The position numbers were made by a program, and so were the translations under genes. The notes beneath the pieces are model-generated. The model was not told where the DNA came from and searched no databases. It saw only the letters and a program-made list of their open reading frames with translations. A stretch of DNA of 64,000 bases from Candidatus Micrarchaeia archaeon. GTDB lineage: Archaea > Micrarchaeota > Micrarchaeia > Anstonellales > Anstonellaceae. Shown piece after piece: positions 26,925 through 36,543 of the stretch (the stretch's first letter is position 1; each line of letters starts with the position of its first letter). The DNA is taken from positions 34,336-98,335 of the forward strand of contig JBAYHU010000004.1 in the NCBI GenBank assembly GCA_041665945.1. Reading direction: 5' to 3'.

Positions 26925-27458
26925 ATGCCAAATTGCCTGTCCTGCGGCGCAGGGATTGACGAATACGATTCAGGCTACTACTCAAGAAGCATGCTCTGCA
27001 TCCCCTGCTACACTGCGAAGATGTCGGAAGTGCCGATGGCGAACTGCGGCAAATGCGGCATGCGCATACGGAGGGACGACGCGCGCTCTCGTGGGGGCGG
27101 CATTTACTGCAACTACTGCTTCTCCGAGCTTGACCGCGTGGAGCGCCTCCCGAAATGCGAGGATTGCGAACGCAGGATTGAAAGCTGGCAGAAATCAATC
27201 AAGAGCGCGGAGGGCAGGTTTTACCACGCTGAATGCGCGCAGAAGATGAAAGACAAGCGCGTGATGGCGGTCTGCTCGTTTTGCGGCACGGCAACCGACC
27301 GCTTCAGGCTCTCCCGCGAGGGGAAAGTCATGTGCTCGCGATGCAGCGCCAGGGAGGCGCGCCCGCACGCCTCGAGCCCGAACAACACGCTTCCTGCCCG
27401 CGAGCACCGCCCGCTTCTCGCATCATTCATCGACCGCATCGGGCAGATGATCGGGTAG
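26925..27458 (+). CDS. multi-zinc-finger protein with four tandem CxxC-x17-19-[CH]xxC modules
   Basis: CLSC..CIPC, CGKC..CNYC, CEDC..HAEC, CSFC..CSRC, each with an aromatic residue before the second pair (GIYCNYCF, GRFYHAEC). Confidence 0.65.
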   Translation: MPNCLSCGAGIDEYDSGYYSRSMLCIPCYTAKMSEVPMANCGKCGMRIRRDDARSRGGGIYCNYCFSELDRVERLPKCEDCERRIESWQKSIKSAEGRFYHAECAQKMKDKRVMAVCSFCGTATDRFRLSREGKVMCSRCSAREARPHASSPNNTLPAREHRPLLASFIDRIGQMIG

Positions 27459-27506
27459 TCGCCGTCAAAACCCCACTGATTTTAAACTCCTCGTCCAAAT
27501 AAGCTC

Positions 27507-28373
27507 ATGGTCGCGAAGTTGCTCGTCAGCCAGAATTCTTCCTATCTTTTCCCAGCCAATATTGAGTTGAAGAGCTTCCCGGACAAGGAGTCGCACATAT
27601 TCATTCACGACCTCGAATCGTGCCGCGGGCAGGACGTGCAGGTGCTGCACCGGTGCTATCCGCGGCAGGACAGCTCGCTTCTCCAGCTCCTTCTCATCGG
27701 AAAGACGGTCGCAAAGGTGGCGAACCGCGTCGAGGCGATAATCCCCTACCTTCCTTATGCGAGGCAGGACAAGATTTGGAAGCCCGGCGAGCCGCTCTCA
27801 TCCGAGGCGGTCTGCGAAATGATTGCCTGCGCGGGCTTCTCGTCCATCGCCACGTTCGACTGCCATTTCCTGAAAAAGCCCGGCGAGGCGACGTACGGCG
27901 GGATAAGGATGCGCAACTTCACGCTCTCCGAGCAGCTCGTCAATTATTTCAAGTCGAAAAATCCCGACGCGCTTTTCATAAGCCCTGACCAGGGCGCAAG
28001 CTACATCGTCTCCGACGCGGGCGGCAAGAGCATGGTGAAAGTCAGGGGCGAGTATCTGAACCACCGCAAGCGCGCGGCGCGCCCTGTGGCGTCCCTCAAG
28101 GCGGATTTCGACGTCAAAGGCAGGGACGTGGTCATGCTCGACGACATGGTTGCCGGCGGCGGCACGATGATTCGCGCCACGCGCGCGGTCCTGGCTGCAG
28201 GCGCGAAGTCGGTTTCCTGCGGCTGCACGCACGGGCTTTTCCTCGGCAACGCCTATACCAAGATGCAGGAGGCCGGCGCAGAGGAGATAATCGCATCCAA
28301 CACAATTGCATCGGAAGCGTCCAAAATCGACATCATGGACAAGATGAAACACAGCATACTGGGCAGCTTCTGA
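27507..28373 (+). CDS. prs: ribose-phosphate pyrophosphokinase (PRPP synthetase)
   Basis: PYLPYARQD, PRPP-binding loop VVMLDDMVAGGGTM; 288 aa. Confidence 0.9.
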   Translation: MVAKLLVSQNSSYLFPANIELKSFPDKESHIFIHDLESCRGQDVQVLHRCYPRQDSSLLQLLLIGKTVAKVANRVEAIIPYLPYARQDKIWKPGEPLSSEAVCEMIACAGFSSIATFDCHFLKKPGEATYGGIRMRNFTLSEQLVNYFKSKNPDALFISPDQGASYIVSDAGGKSMVKVRGEYLNHRKRAARPVASLKADFDVKGRDVVMLDDMVAGGGTMIRATRAVLAAGAKSVSCGCTHGLFLGNAYTKMQEAGAEEIIASNTIASEASKIDIMDKMKHSILGSF

Positions 28374-29921
28374 TTGTCGCATATTCCGTTCATGGGCGGC
28401 GCGCTTTCCCTCCAACGGGTGCTCTCAGGCGAGCTTTCGCGCAGGAATTTCCTTACCCGCCCGCCCGAGCCTTCCCCTGAAATGCTTCTCTCCCAGCCGT
28501 CCGGCTCGGTTTTCATCGGCAAGACAAAGCTCCTGTCAGTGCCGTTTTTCTGGGGCCCGAAAAAGCTCGTCAATCCGCACCTGTGCGTGGCGGGCATCAC
28601 CGGCTCGGGCAAATCCTATTTCATAAAGACGTTCATCACCCGCGCCAACATCGTCATGGGCTCAAACGCGCTCATACTCGACTGGGCGGGCGAATACTGC
28701 GACTGGGTGCGCGCGGCAGGCGGGCGGGTAATCTCGTTCGGGCAGGAGGGAATCAACCTTCTCGAGCTCGGCGGCGCATCCCCTCACAACCGCTCGCGGC
28801 AGGTTCTCGAAGCGCTCGAGCTTCTCGCGGAGCTCCCGAAAAATTCCCCGCAGGCGCGCCTGACCGAGGAGGCTTTGGAGCAGGCTTACGGGTCCAAGGG
28901 ATTCGCAATCAACAAGCCGGCGCACTCGGGCAAAAAAGCCCCGACGTTGCAGGACGTGCACAGGCTTCTTCTCGCGCGCTCAAAGTCGAAAAAAGACGCC
29001 GCAGTTTCGCAGGATTCGTCCGAAGCCGCGCGGCGAATACGGAACCTCCTCCTCTCATCCGGAAAGTCCTTCACTGTTTCCACGTTCCCGCTCTCCTCCC
29101 TTCTGTCGGGGCTGGTTTGCGTGGACTTGCACTCGCTTCCAAGCGAAAGCCTGCGCAGCATCGCCGGGCTTGCCATATTGCAGTTCGTGAAGGAGCGGAT
29201 GCGGGCAGGGGAATATTCTGCGACGCCGCTGCCGAAGCTCTTCGTGGTGGTGGACGAGGCATGGAAAATCGCGTCCGACGGGAATTCCGAGGTTGCGACG
29301 ATCGTGCGCGAGGGGCGCAAGTACGGCTTCTCCCTCATAGTCGCCTCGCAGAACCCGACCGACGTGCACAGGAGCATATTCTCAAGCGCGGGCACTGTGA
29401 TGTGCTTCCGCCTCACCCTCTCCTCCGAGCGCGAATACGTGCGCTCCTCGCTTTCCTATTCGGATTATTTCGAGGAGCAGTCCCATTCGCTGTCAGTCGG
29501 GCAGGCGCTGGTGCATCTCGAATTTTCGCGCCACCAAGCCTGCCCGCGCGATTTCATCATATCCAAAATCGAGGGCGAGGAGCTTCTCGAAACATGCACG
29601 ATACGGGGTGGAAAAATGGTGCTTGAGCTTGAGAAAAGCGAGCTTTCCCGCAAGCTGTTGTCATTCGGGCTGACGGACAGGCAGTCCGCCGAGGTATTCT
29701 CCGAATTCGAGCGGAAGAACTATTCAGTGGAGGCGCAGAAATTCGCCGCCATGCTCGAAAAAATGGGGCACGGCAAAAGCGCAGTAGTTTCCCTGCTGCG
29801 CGACCTGGGCGCGTCCGAGCGCGAGCTTCTGTCGGTTTTCTCCGAAGGCAAGGGCAGGGGGGAGAAAGGCGCGCTTGAAGCCGAGGTTTCCCTCCGCGAT
29901 GAAGGCAGAAGCAAAAAATAG
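28374..29921 (+). CDS. HerA/VirB4/TraC-like (DUF87 or AAA_10-type) P-loop ATPase
   Basis: Walker A VAGITGSGKSYF, Walker B LFVVVDEAWKIA, REGRKYGFSLIVASQNPTDV. TTG at 28374 directly abuts the prs TGA; ATG alternative at 28392. Confidence 0.75.
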   Translation: MSHIPFMGGALSLQRVLSGELSRRNFLTRPPEPSPEMLLSQPSGSVFIGKTKLLSVPFFWGPKKLVNPHLCVAGITGSGKSYFIKTFITRANIVMGSNALILDWAGEYCDWVRAAGGRVISFGQEGINLLELGGASPHNRSRQVLEALELLAELPKNSPQARLTEEALEQAYGSKGFAINKPAHSGKKAPTLQDVHRLLLARSKSKKDAAVSQDSSEAARRIRNLLLSSGKSFTVSTFPLSSLLSGLVCVDLHSLPSESLRSIAGLAILQFVKERMRAGEYSATPLPKLFVVVDEAWKIASDGNSEVATIVREGRKYGFSLIVASQNPTDVHRSIFSSAGTVMCFRLTLSSEREYVRSSLSYSDYFEEQSHSLSVGQALVHLEFSRHQACPRDFIISKIEGEELLETCTIRGGKMVLELEKSELSRKLLSFGLTDRQSAEVFSEFERKNYSVEAQKFAAMLEKMGHGKSAVVSLLRDLGASERELLSVFSEGKGRGEKGALEAEVSLRDEGRSKK

Positions 29922-29935
29922 GCAAGGTGCGCACT

Positions 29936-30790
29936 ATGGTTTCCAAAAACACGATTCAGGTGGCAAAAGCCGAAAAAGCCGGCAAGGGCAAGACCGAAAT
30001 AATCGGAATGTCATTCGCGTTCCGGGTGGCAAAGGGCTGGAAAGGGGCAATCGCGCAATTCTCGCGCCTTGGCTTCGATTCAATCTCGTCTTCGCAGGGC
30101 GGCGTGCGCCTGCGCAAGGTGCAGTCCCACGACCTTCTTGGGAACCCCCATCTGTTCGTGGAAATAAAGCTTCACAAAAACGGCGCGGAATTGCGCTACT
30201 CATGCCCGCCGGAATCCGACGCGAAAATCCGGCGGGCGCAGGCGTGCCTCATGCTGATGCGCGCGGCTTACCTGCTGCCGGACACATATTTCGAGGCGAA
30301 ATCGCTGTCGGAACTCCTGCTGCCTTCGCTTGAGCAGGCGTGTTCGGCAATGCCGGTTCAATACGAGTCGCTCTCCAAGAGCCGCGCAGACCTTGCGGAC
30401 GAGCTTGCAGAGGTGGTGTCGCAGAACCGCCGCCTTCTCAAGGCTGCGGAGGAAAGCGCCGGCACCTGTGCGTCCCTCGAACAAAAATGCAAGTCCCTCT
30501 CCGAGCGGCTGGCGCAGCTTGAGGCAGTTCCCCCAAGCGCAATAGACGAGATGATACTGGACTGGCTCTCCACGCACAGAGGCTCGCTGAACCTCGCGCT
30601 GTTCTCGAAAGCCAACAATGTGCCTGTTGCAAGATGCGAAGAGCGGCTCGCGCTGCTTTTGAAAAAAGGCGCGATACGCCGCGTGTCAGGCGCGTTTTCC
30701 GTGGATGGCGGGGCGGAGACGGGCAGGGAGTTCCAAGTACGGGCAAGCGCGCTATCGGGCCTGAAAAAAGCGATACTCGGGCAAAGATAA
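29936..30790 (+). CDS. hypothetical protein with central coiled coil and C-terminal winged-helix-like region
   Basis: AAGGTG 6 nt before ATG 29936. Heptad-like segment SRADLADELAEVVSQNRRLLKAAEES...LSERLAQLE. C-terminal part ARCEERLALLLKKGAIRRV. Confidence 0.55.
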   Translation: MVSKNTIQVAKAEKAGKGKTEIIGMSFAFRVAKGWKGAIAQFSRLGFDSISSSQGGVRLRKVQSHDLLGNPHLFVEIKLHKNGAELRYSCPPESDAKIRRAQACLMLMRAAYLLPDTYFEAKSLSELLLPSLEQACSAMPVQYESLSKSRADLADELAEVVSQNRRLLKAAEESAGTCASLEQKCKSLSERLAQLEAVPPSAIDEMILDWLSTHRGSLNLALFSKANNVPVARCEERLALLLKKGAIRRVSGAFSVDGGAETGREFQVRASALSGLKKAILGQR

Positions 30791-30803
30791 CCTGCGCAGA
30801 TGG

Positions 30804-33254
30804 CTAATCATCCTTCGACAAAATATAGCAAGCCCCTATCATAAGCGCGGACGCCAGGGCAAGCGGAAGGACGTATTCCTGATTCTTCGGGGAAACAAAA
30901 AGCCTGAAATCTCCGCGCGGTATGCCCTGCACGCTGACCATTCTCCTATCAGCATCGACTTCCGCAGTGCACCTGTTGCCGGAAACAGCGCACTCGTTCA
31001 GCGGCGGCACCACTGCGAAGAACGCGATCGAACAGGAATCGGCGTTGCACGTGCCTGTGAAAGTTGCGCGGTCAAACCGGACAGAGTAGCCTGTGATGTC
31101 CGCTCCCTGTGCGAAAAACACCTCCCCCCGCTCCCCGTCCTTGAGCATAAACAGCCTGTCCCCTCCTGCAAGAGGCATTTCCTCGAATCGCAAGTCTCCC
31201 TTCAGGGCAAGATATTCTTCGTATCTTGGCACCGTGCTTGCGCGGTTCTTCTCAAGGGCATGCTTGGTCGAGCCCAAAACCACATATCTTAGGCGGTAAT
31301 CCCGCATCCGCTGCGCAAGCGAATCCGGCGAGCCGAAATCAACGACATATGTGCCCTGCAAGTTGCGCTCGTAAACAGGATACTGCGAGCTTCTGCTCTC
31401 CGCGATGAAAAACAGCCTTTCGCTTCCGGCAATCGCGTATGCCTGCTGCTGTGAAACGTAGTCCTGCGCAGAATCCATGGAGCCGACCGTGCGCACGTAG
31501 AATTCCGTGCTGGTTGCCGACACCGCGAAAAACACTGCGGCGGCAGGCAGGAAAACTGCCATCACAAGAGCGCCTCCGTATGTTACCTTGTCCCACTTCC
31601 TCGCAACCGACACGCGCTCATACGCGCCGATGAACAATCTCCAAAGGAAATAGGCGCCCATTCCGGCAAGCAAAAACGCGGGCAGGAAAAACGAGGGCAT
31701 GAAGCGGATTCCATCCACGAACGGGGCAAGGCGGTTCACCTGCGGGCTCGTGGTGAACAGCAGCACAAGAACCGCGCCGCCCGCGAGAAGCAGGAGGCGC
31801 AAGTCGCGGTTTTTGTGTGCCTCCCACATGCCAGCGAGGAAAAGAAACGGCAGGACGAGATAGCCGCTTTGCAGCACGGCGACAACCCATGTCCCCTCTC
31901 CGCTGATATTCGCCCCGCCAAGCGCACCATATTTCCCCGCGTTTATTGTTGACATGAAGGGAAGTGCATTCCACAACACCGCGCACAGCAGACAAATGGC
32001 AAGAAGGGCAATTCGCCGGAAGTCCATCCTCGCAAGTGCGGGAATGGCTGCGACAAACGCGAGGATGCCCAGCGCCACGATTATCCGCTGGTTGGACAGG
32101 AAGGCGAGCATGAAAAACAGCGTCGCATAAACCAGCGCGCCCCGCTTTTTCTCCGCGGCGTATTCATACGCGTAGAAGAAAAACAAGAGCGAGAGGTAGG
32201 TGGCAAGCGAGTGTGCGGTCATGCCGTATAAAAACAGATCAGGCCCCCCGCCTGTCAGGAGACCTGTCACAGGGAAGCAAAGGTAAAGCAGCGATGCCGC
32301 AGCAAAGACGGCATCATTCCCGCGTGCAAGCTTCCTCGAAAACAGGTAGAAAATCGCCACGGGGAAGAAGAACAGCGCAATCTGCCAGAGCTTGTATGCG
32401 TATTCCGGCGGCGTTCCGAATGCAAGGTTCAGCATGGCGGGCGGGAGCACGGAGAGAAATGTATATCCAGCATAAGGCCATTCGAGCCGCGAGAGGTATT
32501 CAGGAAGTACTCTCGCCCGGTTGAGGTGGAATGGCGCGTCGGTGCCATATACTGATGAAGGAATTTGCGTGTTCGGAACCGATTTCCACCCGCCGGCTAT
32601 TCTGATTCCGACTTCCGGCTGTATCGTTGTCCCGTAAAGGTTGTCCACAAATGCGATGTTTATCCTGCTCTTGCCCGCAGTGGCGTTCTCCCTGCCGGCT
32701 TTTGGCGCGGTTTTTGCAACCACATGCAGCGCGCCCTCCTGCGCTTTTGCAAACTTGTATGGCGCGTTGCCCGCGCACGGGCTGCAAATCTCCTGTCCGT
32801 TTATCGAAAGGGACAGGATGTCCACTTCGCCAGATAACGACACGCCGGTCGCCTTTCCTCCTCCTTCAAATGAAGCGATGGCGCTCCCCGCCTCTGCTCC
32901 GGTAGGCAGGGTTATCTCATCTGATTTAGCAAAGGCAAATGCCGGTGCCGCGGTTCCGTCAAGACAATTGCCAGAAACCGTTGCCAATGATTGTTGGAAC
33001 TGGTAATCCTGCTCGAAAACACCAAGCTGTATCGCAAGCACCGCGCAAAGCGCAAGGACAAGGAAAACAAGGAACCGCCCACCCGCCAGCTTGGCCGGAT
33101 TCCTGTCAGTATTCCGTATGGAAAGCAAAGGGGGGCCCTTCACGGTTTTTCTCGAGCGCACGGCAACTGATTGCAGTTCCGCCCTGCGCGATGCAGGAGG
33201 TTTCCGGCGCGCGCCATCCCGCGCACTATGCCTGGCGTGCCGCAACCTAGCCAT
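30804..33254 (-). CDS. large polytopic membrane protein, putative GT-C-type glycosyltransferase
   Basis: About 816 aa: N-terminal TM, ~230-aa extracytoplasmic region, ~11 TM segments, ~250-aa C-terminal domain. Overlaps the stop of the upstream GT2 gene. No WWDYG (AglB) motif seen. Confidence 0.45.
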   Translation of the reverse strand: MARLRHARHSARDGARRKPPASRRAELQSVAVRSRKTVKGPPLLSIRNTDRNPAKLAGGRFLVFLVLALCAVLAIQLGVFEQDYQFQQSLATVSGNCLDGTAAPAFAFAKSDEITLPTGAEAGSAIASFEGGGKATGVSLSGEVDILSLSINGQEICSPCAGNAPYKFAKAQEGALHVVAKTAPKAGRENATAGKSRINIAFVDNLYGTTIQPEVGIRIAGGWKSVPNTQIPSSVYGTDAPFHLNRARVLPEYLSRLEWPYAGYTFLSVLPPAMLNLAFGTPPEYAYKLWQIALFFFPVAIFYLFSRKLARGNDAVFAAASLLYLCFPVTGLLTGGGPDLFLYGMTAHSLATYLSLLFFFYAYEYAAEKKRGALVYATLFFMLAFLSNQRIIVALGILAFVAAIPALARMDFRRIALLAICLLCAVLWNALPFMSTINAGKYGALGGANISGEGTWVVAVLQSGYLVLPFLFLAGMWEAHKNRDLRLLLLAGGAVLVLLFTTSPQVNRLAPFVDGIRFMPSFFLPAFLLAGMGAYFLWRLFIGAYERVSVARKWDKVTYGGALVMAVFLPAAAVFFAVSATSTEFYVRTVGSMDSAQDYVSQQQAYAIAGSERLFFIAESRSSQYPVYERNLQGTYVVDFGSPDSLAQRMRDYRLRYVVLGSTKHALEKNRASTVPRYEEYLALKGDLRFEEMPLAGGDRLFMLKDGERGEVFFAQGADITGYSVRFDRATFTGTCNADSCSIAFFAVVPPLNECAVSGNRCTAEVDADRRMVSVQGIPRGDFRLFVSPKNQEYVLPLALASALMIGACYILSKDD

Positions 33255-34134
33255 CAATTCCCCTTTTTTTCAAAATAGCCTCAAGCGTGTAGAGGTTGAT
33301 GCCGATGAGTATCATGACCATCCCACCAATGCCCGTGAAGAGGGTCAAAAGCGCCGAGCCGACCGGCAGCACGCCGCTTGCGTAGAACGTGTCCACGACC
33401 CACAATCCAAGAAGCGCGGAGCAGAGCAGGAGCGCGGCGCCCGCCAAGCCGAAGAAGAACAGCGGTTTTCTCAGTGCGATTGCCTGCACGAGATAAGCGA
33501 ACAGCCCCGCGCCCTGCGAAAGGGCGCCGCCAACCTCTTCCTTGTAATAGCGCACGTGCACAGGAACCTCAACAACCTTCAATCCAGCCCTAATTGCCGA
33601 TGAAAGCATCTCGGTTCCGCCCGCATAACTGTTCTCGGAAACCTTCATTTTCAGCGCGGCTTTTTTCGAAAAGGAGCGGAAGCCGCATTGGAAATCCACG
33701 TCATTTTTCTGGGTTTCCATTTTCGCAAGCCCGTTAAGGAGTGCCACGCCTTCCTTCCGATAGGAGGGCTGCCCGACGAATTTTCCGGCAAAGCGCGAAC
33801 CGACGGCAACGTCCGCCCTGCCATCAACCACTGGTTTTGCGATGAGCGGTATTTCCGACGGGTCATGCTGGTAGTCTCCATCCATTATCACAAAAGCTTC
33901 CGCGCCTGACAGCCGCGCCGATTCCAGAATCGTGCGCAGCGCGGCTCCATACCCTCGATTGGTGCCGTGCCCTATGACCTTTGCGCCCGCAGAAATGGCA
34001 ACATGCATCGTCCTGTCTGCCGAGCCGTCGTCAACCACGATTACCCTGCCGTATTTTTTCGCCTGCAGGACAACCGAGCCGATGCTGCGCTCCTCGTTGT
34101 AAGCGGGAATGTAAATAGCGAGTTTGCCCCCCAT
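33247..34134 (-). CDS. family 2 glycosyltransferase with two C-terminal TM helices (polyprenyl-phosphate sugar synthase, DPM1/GtrB-like)
   Basis: IYIPAYNEERSIG, VVDDGSADRT, DGDYQHDP; C-terminal hydrophobic pair. Confidence 0.85.
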   Translation of the reverse strand: MGGKLAIYIPAYNEERSIGSVVLQAKKYGRVIVVDDGSADRTMHVAISAGAKVIGHGTNRGYGAALRTILESARLSGAEAFVIMDGDYQHDPSEIPLIAKPVVDGRADVAVGSRFAGKFVGQPSYRKEGVALLNGLAKMETQKNDVDFQCGFRSFSKKAALKMKVSENSYAGGTEMLSSAIRAGLKVVEVPVHVRYYKEEVGGALSQGAGLFAYLVQAIALRKPLFFFGLAGAALLLCSALLGLWVVDTFYASGVLPVGSALLTLFTGIGGMVMILIGINLYTLEAILKKRGIDG

Positions 34135-34165
34135 CGAATCCCTAACGCACTGCGGGTTTATTTGC

Positions 34166-36424
34166 TTATTTCTTTTTCACTGGAGCCTTCTTTTTTGCCC
34201 CTGATGCGGCGGATTTCGCTTTCGGCTTTGCCGCGGGTTTCGAAGGCTGCGCCGGAGCCGAAGTTGGCGCGGATGCAGATTTTGTTGCAGCCGCCACAGG
34301 TTTTGTCACGGTTGCAGCAGTGCCGCCAGCCGCAATCTTCGTTGCAGTTGCCGTGGTGGTTGCCGCCGCGGCTTTCGCAGGAGCCGCCCTCGGCGCGGCC
34401 GCCGGAGCCTCGGTTGTCGCACCCTGATACTTGCAGGATGCGTTCGGGCAGATTTCAAAGGCTTTTTTCCCGCCGACAAACCCCTTGATTATGGGTGCGC
34501 CGCAAAGCGGGCACGCCATGCCCGCGCCAATCGCCTTGACGCCCATGGGGATGGAATAGGTGTTCGTGCAGGCAGGGTAATTTCCGCAGCCTATGAACTG
34601 CCTGCCTGTTTTCATCTTGATTATGCGCATGTTGCCGTCCTTGCATTTCGGGCAGATGCCAAGCTCCGATTCGCCCGCATCCTTGCGCCGCAGGCCCGAC
34701 AGGAGCCCGAGCCCGATTTCACGCTCGTGCCCCTCGAACTTCGAGAGTATCTTGTTCAAGACAGCCTTGCCGTTGTCAATCGCCTTCTTTTCATTCTCAC
34801 CGTCGCGTATCTTTTCCATGTCATCTTCTATATTGTGAGTCAGCTCGTCATCCAGTATTTCCGGCGCGGCTGTGGAAAGAAGGTCGAACACGGCGATTCC
34901 GAACGTGGTCGCAGCAATGCTCTTGCCATCCACATACCCTCTCCTGAAAAGCGTGTCCACAATCGCCGCGCGCGTCGCCTTTGTCCCAAGCCCGCGCTTT
35001 TCAAGCTCGGAGATGATGGATGCTGCCGTGTATCTTTTCGGCGGCTGCGTCTTTTTCTCGTCTATCTTGAAGTTCGTAAGCGGAACGGATTCCCCCTCTG
35101 AAAATTCGGGGAGAGTCACTTCCTCAAGCTTCACGTAAGGAGCGTATATCTCGAACCATCCCTGCTTCACCGTGCGGTTGCCCGAAGCGGAATATTTCTC
35201 CTTGCCTGACGCGACCAGCACTTTTTGCGATTCGCGCGTAGCCGGCTCGGCAAAGCACGATAGGAACCTCTTCACTATCAGGTCGTAGAGCTTCGCCTCG
35301 CGCTCACCCATGCCGCCGGACTGCCCAGTGGGGTGTATTGCCGGGTGGGCAGGGTCGTCCTTCTTCCCCTCAAGAGGGGCTGTCTTGCCTGCCGCAAGCA
35401 GTTTTTTCGCGTGCGGCGCATAAGTGGGCTGCTTTGCCAGCCCCTCCATTATCTTCTTCAGGTTGAGTTTTGCCGGAAGCTTCTGCGAGCTTGTGCGCGG
35501 GTATGAAATCAGCGCGCCTTCGTAAAGAGTCTGCGCAAGTTCCAGCGTGAATTTCGGGTCAAAACCAAGCGCGCGGTGCGCCTCCACCTGCAGGCTGGTG
35601 AGGTCGAACGGCGGCGCGGGGGGCTGGAGGTATTCCTTCCTCTCCAGCTTCTGCGCGATTCCCGGGCTTGCCGAAGCAGCAAGCGCGGCGTCTGCTTCCT
35701 CCTTTTTCACGTACCTGCCGTGCGTATTTTCGAATTCTATGCCCTTGCCCATGCAGGACAATTCCCAATAGGGCTGCGAAACAAAAGCGGAAATTTCCTT
35801 CTCCTTTCTGGCGAGAATCGAAAGCGCGGGCCCCTGCACCCTGCCTATGCTCATTACCTGCCTGCCGCCCGCCTGCCTTAAGCAAGCCATGAGCGCGCGG
35901 CTTAGGTTTATGCCATAATACCAGTCGAGTATGTGGCGCGCCTCGCCAGCGAGCGCGTTTTCCAAGTCCAGCCCGCCCCGCTCCATCCACGCGGTTTCCA
36001 AATCCTCGCTTGTGAGTGTGGAGAACTTCATGCGGCTGCCCTTCTCGCTATTGCAGGCGAATCGCAGCACGTTGTAGCCGATAAGGCTCCCTTCAGTGTC
36101 AAAGTCGCAGGCAAGCACGTATTCGTCCGCGTCCTTTGCCAGCTTTTTTATAGCGTCAAGATACGGTTTTTGGTAGCCGGCGTCCTTCTCGACTTCGGAC
36201 GTGGGCGCCCACTCGACGTCAAAAACAGGGTATTTCCAGCCCTTGCCAATCTGCCTGAGGGTGTAAAGATGACCGACAGCCGAGACGACAACGACCTGCT
36301 CGCCGTCCCGCTCGGCTTCCCAATAGCCGACTCCGCCGGCGTTCTTGCGCACAGCTTTCCCATCCGCGATAGCCGCGGCTATCTTTTCCGCGGCATTCGG
36401 CTTTTCGCAGATGACGAGCTTCAT
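34166..36424 (-). CDS. topA: DNA topoisomerase I (type IA) with Zn-ribbon(s) and an Ala/Thr/Lys-rich tail
   Basis: Toprim MKLVICEKPNAA, DxDxEG (CDFDTEGS), active-site region ISYPRTSS, C-terminal CPKC..C..C and CPLC ribbons. Confidence 0.95.
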   Translation of the reverse strand: MKLVICEKPNAAEKIAAAIADGKAVRKNAGGVGYWEAERDGEQVVVVSAVGHLYTLRQIGKGWKYPVFDVEWAPTSEVEKDAGYQKPYLDAIKKLAKDADEYVLACDFDTEGSLIGYNVLRFACNSEKGSRMKFSTLTSEDLETAWMERGGLDLENALAGEARHILDWYYGINLSRALMACLRQAGGRQVMSIGRVQGPALSILARKEKEISAFVSQPYWELSCMGKGIEFENTHGRYVKKEEADAALAASASPGIAQKLERKEYLQPPAPPFDLTSLQVEAHRALGFDPKFTLELAQTLYEGALISYPRTSSQKLPAKLNLKKIMEGLAKQPTYAPHAKKLLAAGKTAPLEGKKDDPAHPAIHPTGQSGGMGEREAKLYDLIVKRFLSCFAEPATRESQKVLVASGKEKYSASGNRTVKQGWFEIYAPYVKLEEVTLPEFSEGESVPLTNFKIDEKKTQPPKRYTAASIISELEKRGLGTKATRAAIVDTLFRRGYVDGKSIAATTFGIAVFDLLSTAAPEILDDELTHNIEDDMEKIRDGENEKKAIDNGKAVLNKILSKFEGHEREIGLGLLSGLRRKDAGESELGICPKCKDGNMRIIKMKTGRQFIGCGNYPACTNTYSIPMGVKAIGAGMACPLCGAPIIKGFVGGKKAFEICPNASCKYQGATTEAPAAAPRAAPAKAAAATTTATATKIAAGGTAATVTKPVAAATKSASAPTSAPAQPSKPAAKPKAKSAASGAKKKAPVKKK

Positions 36425-36543
36425 GTTCCGGCTTATGCCGCCAAGGGTTTTATATTCCCCTGCGAGTGTCCTGCCGGTGCGGTTTGCCTCTGCCTTCAGA
36501 TAGGATTTTATTCATGGGAGCGGAATTAGGCACGGGTGGTGCG

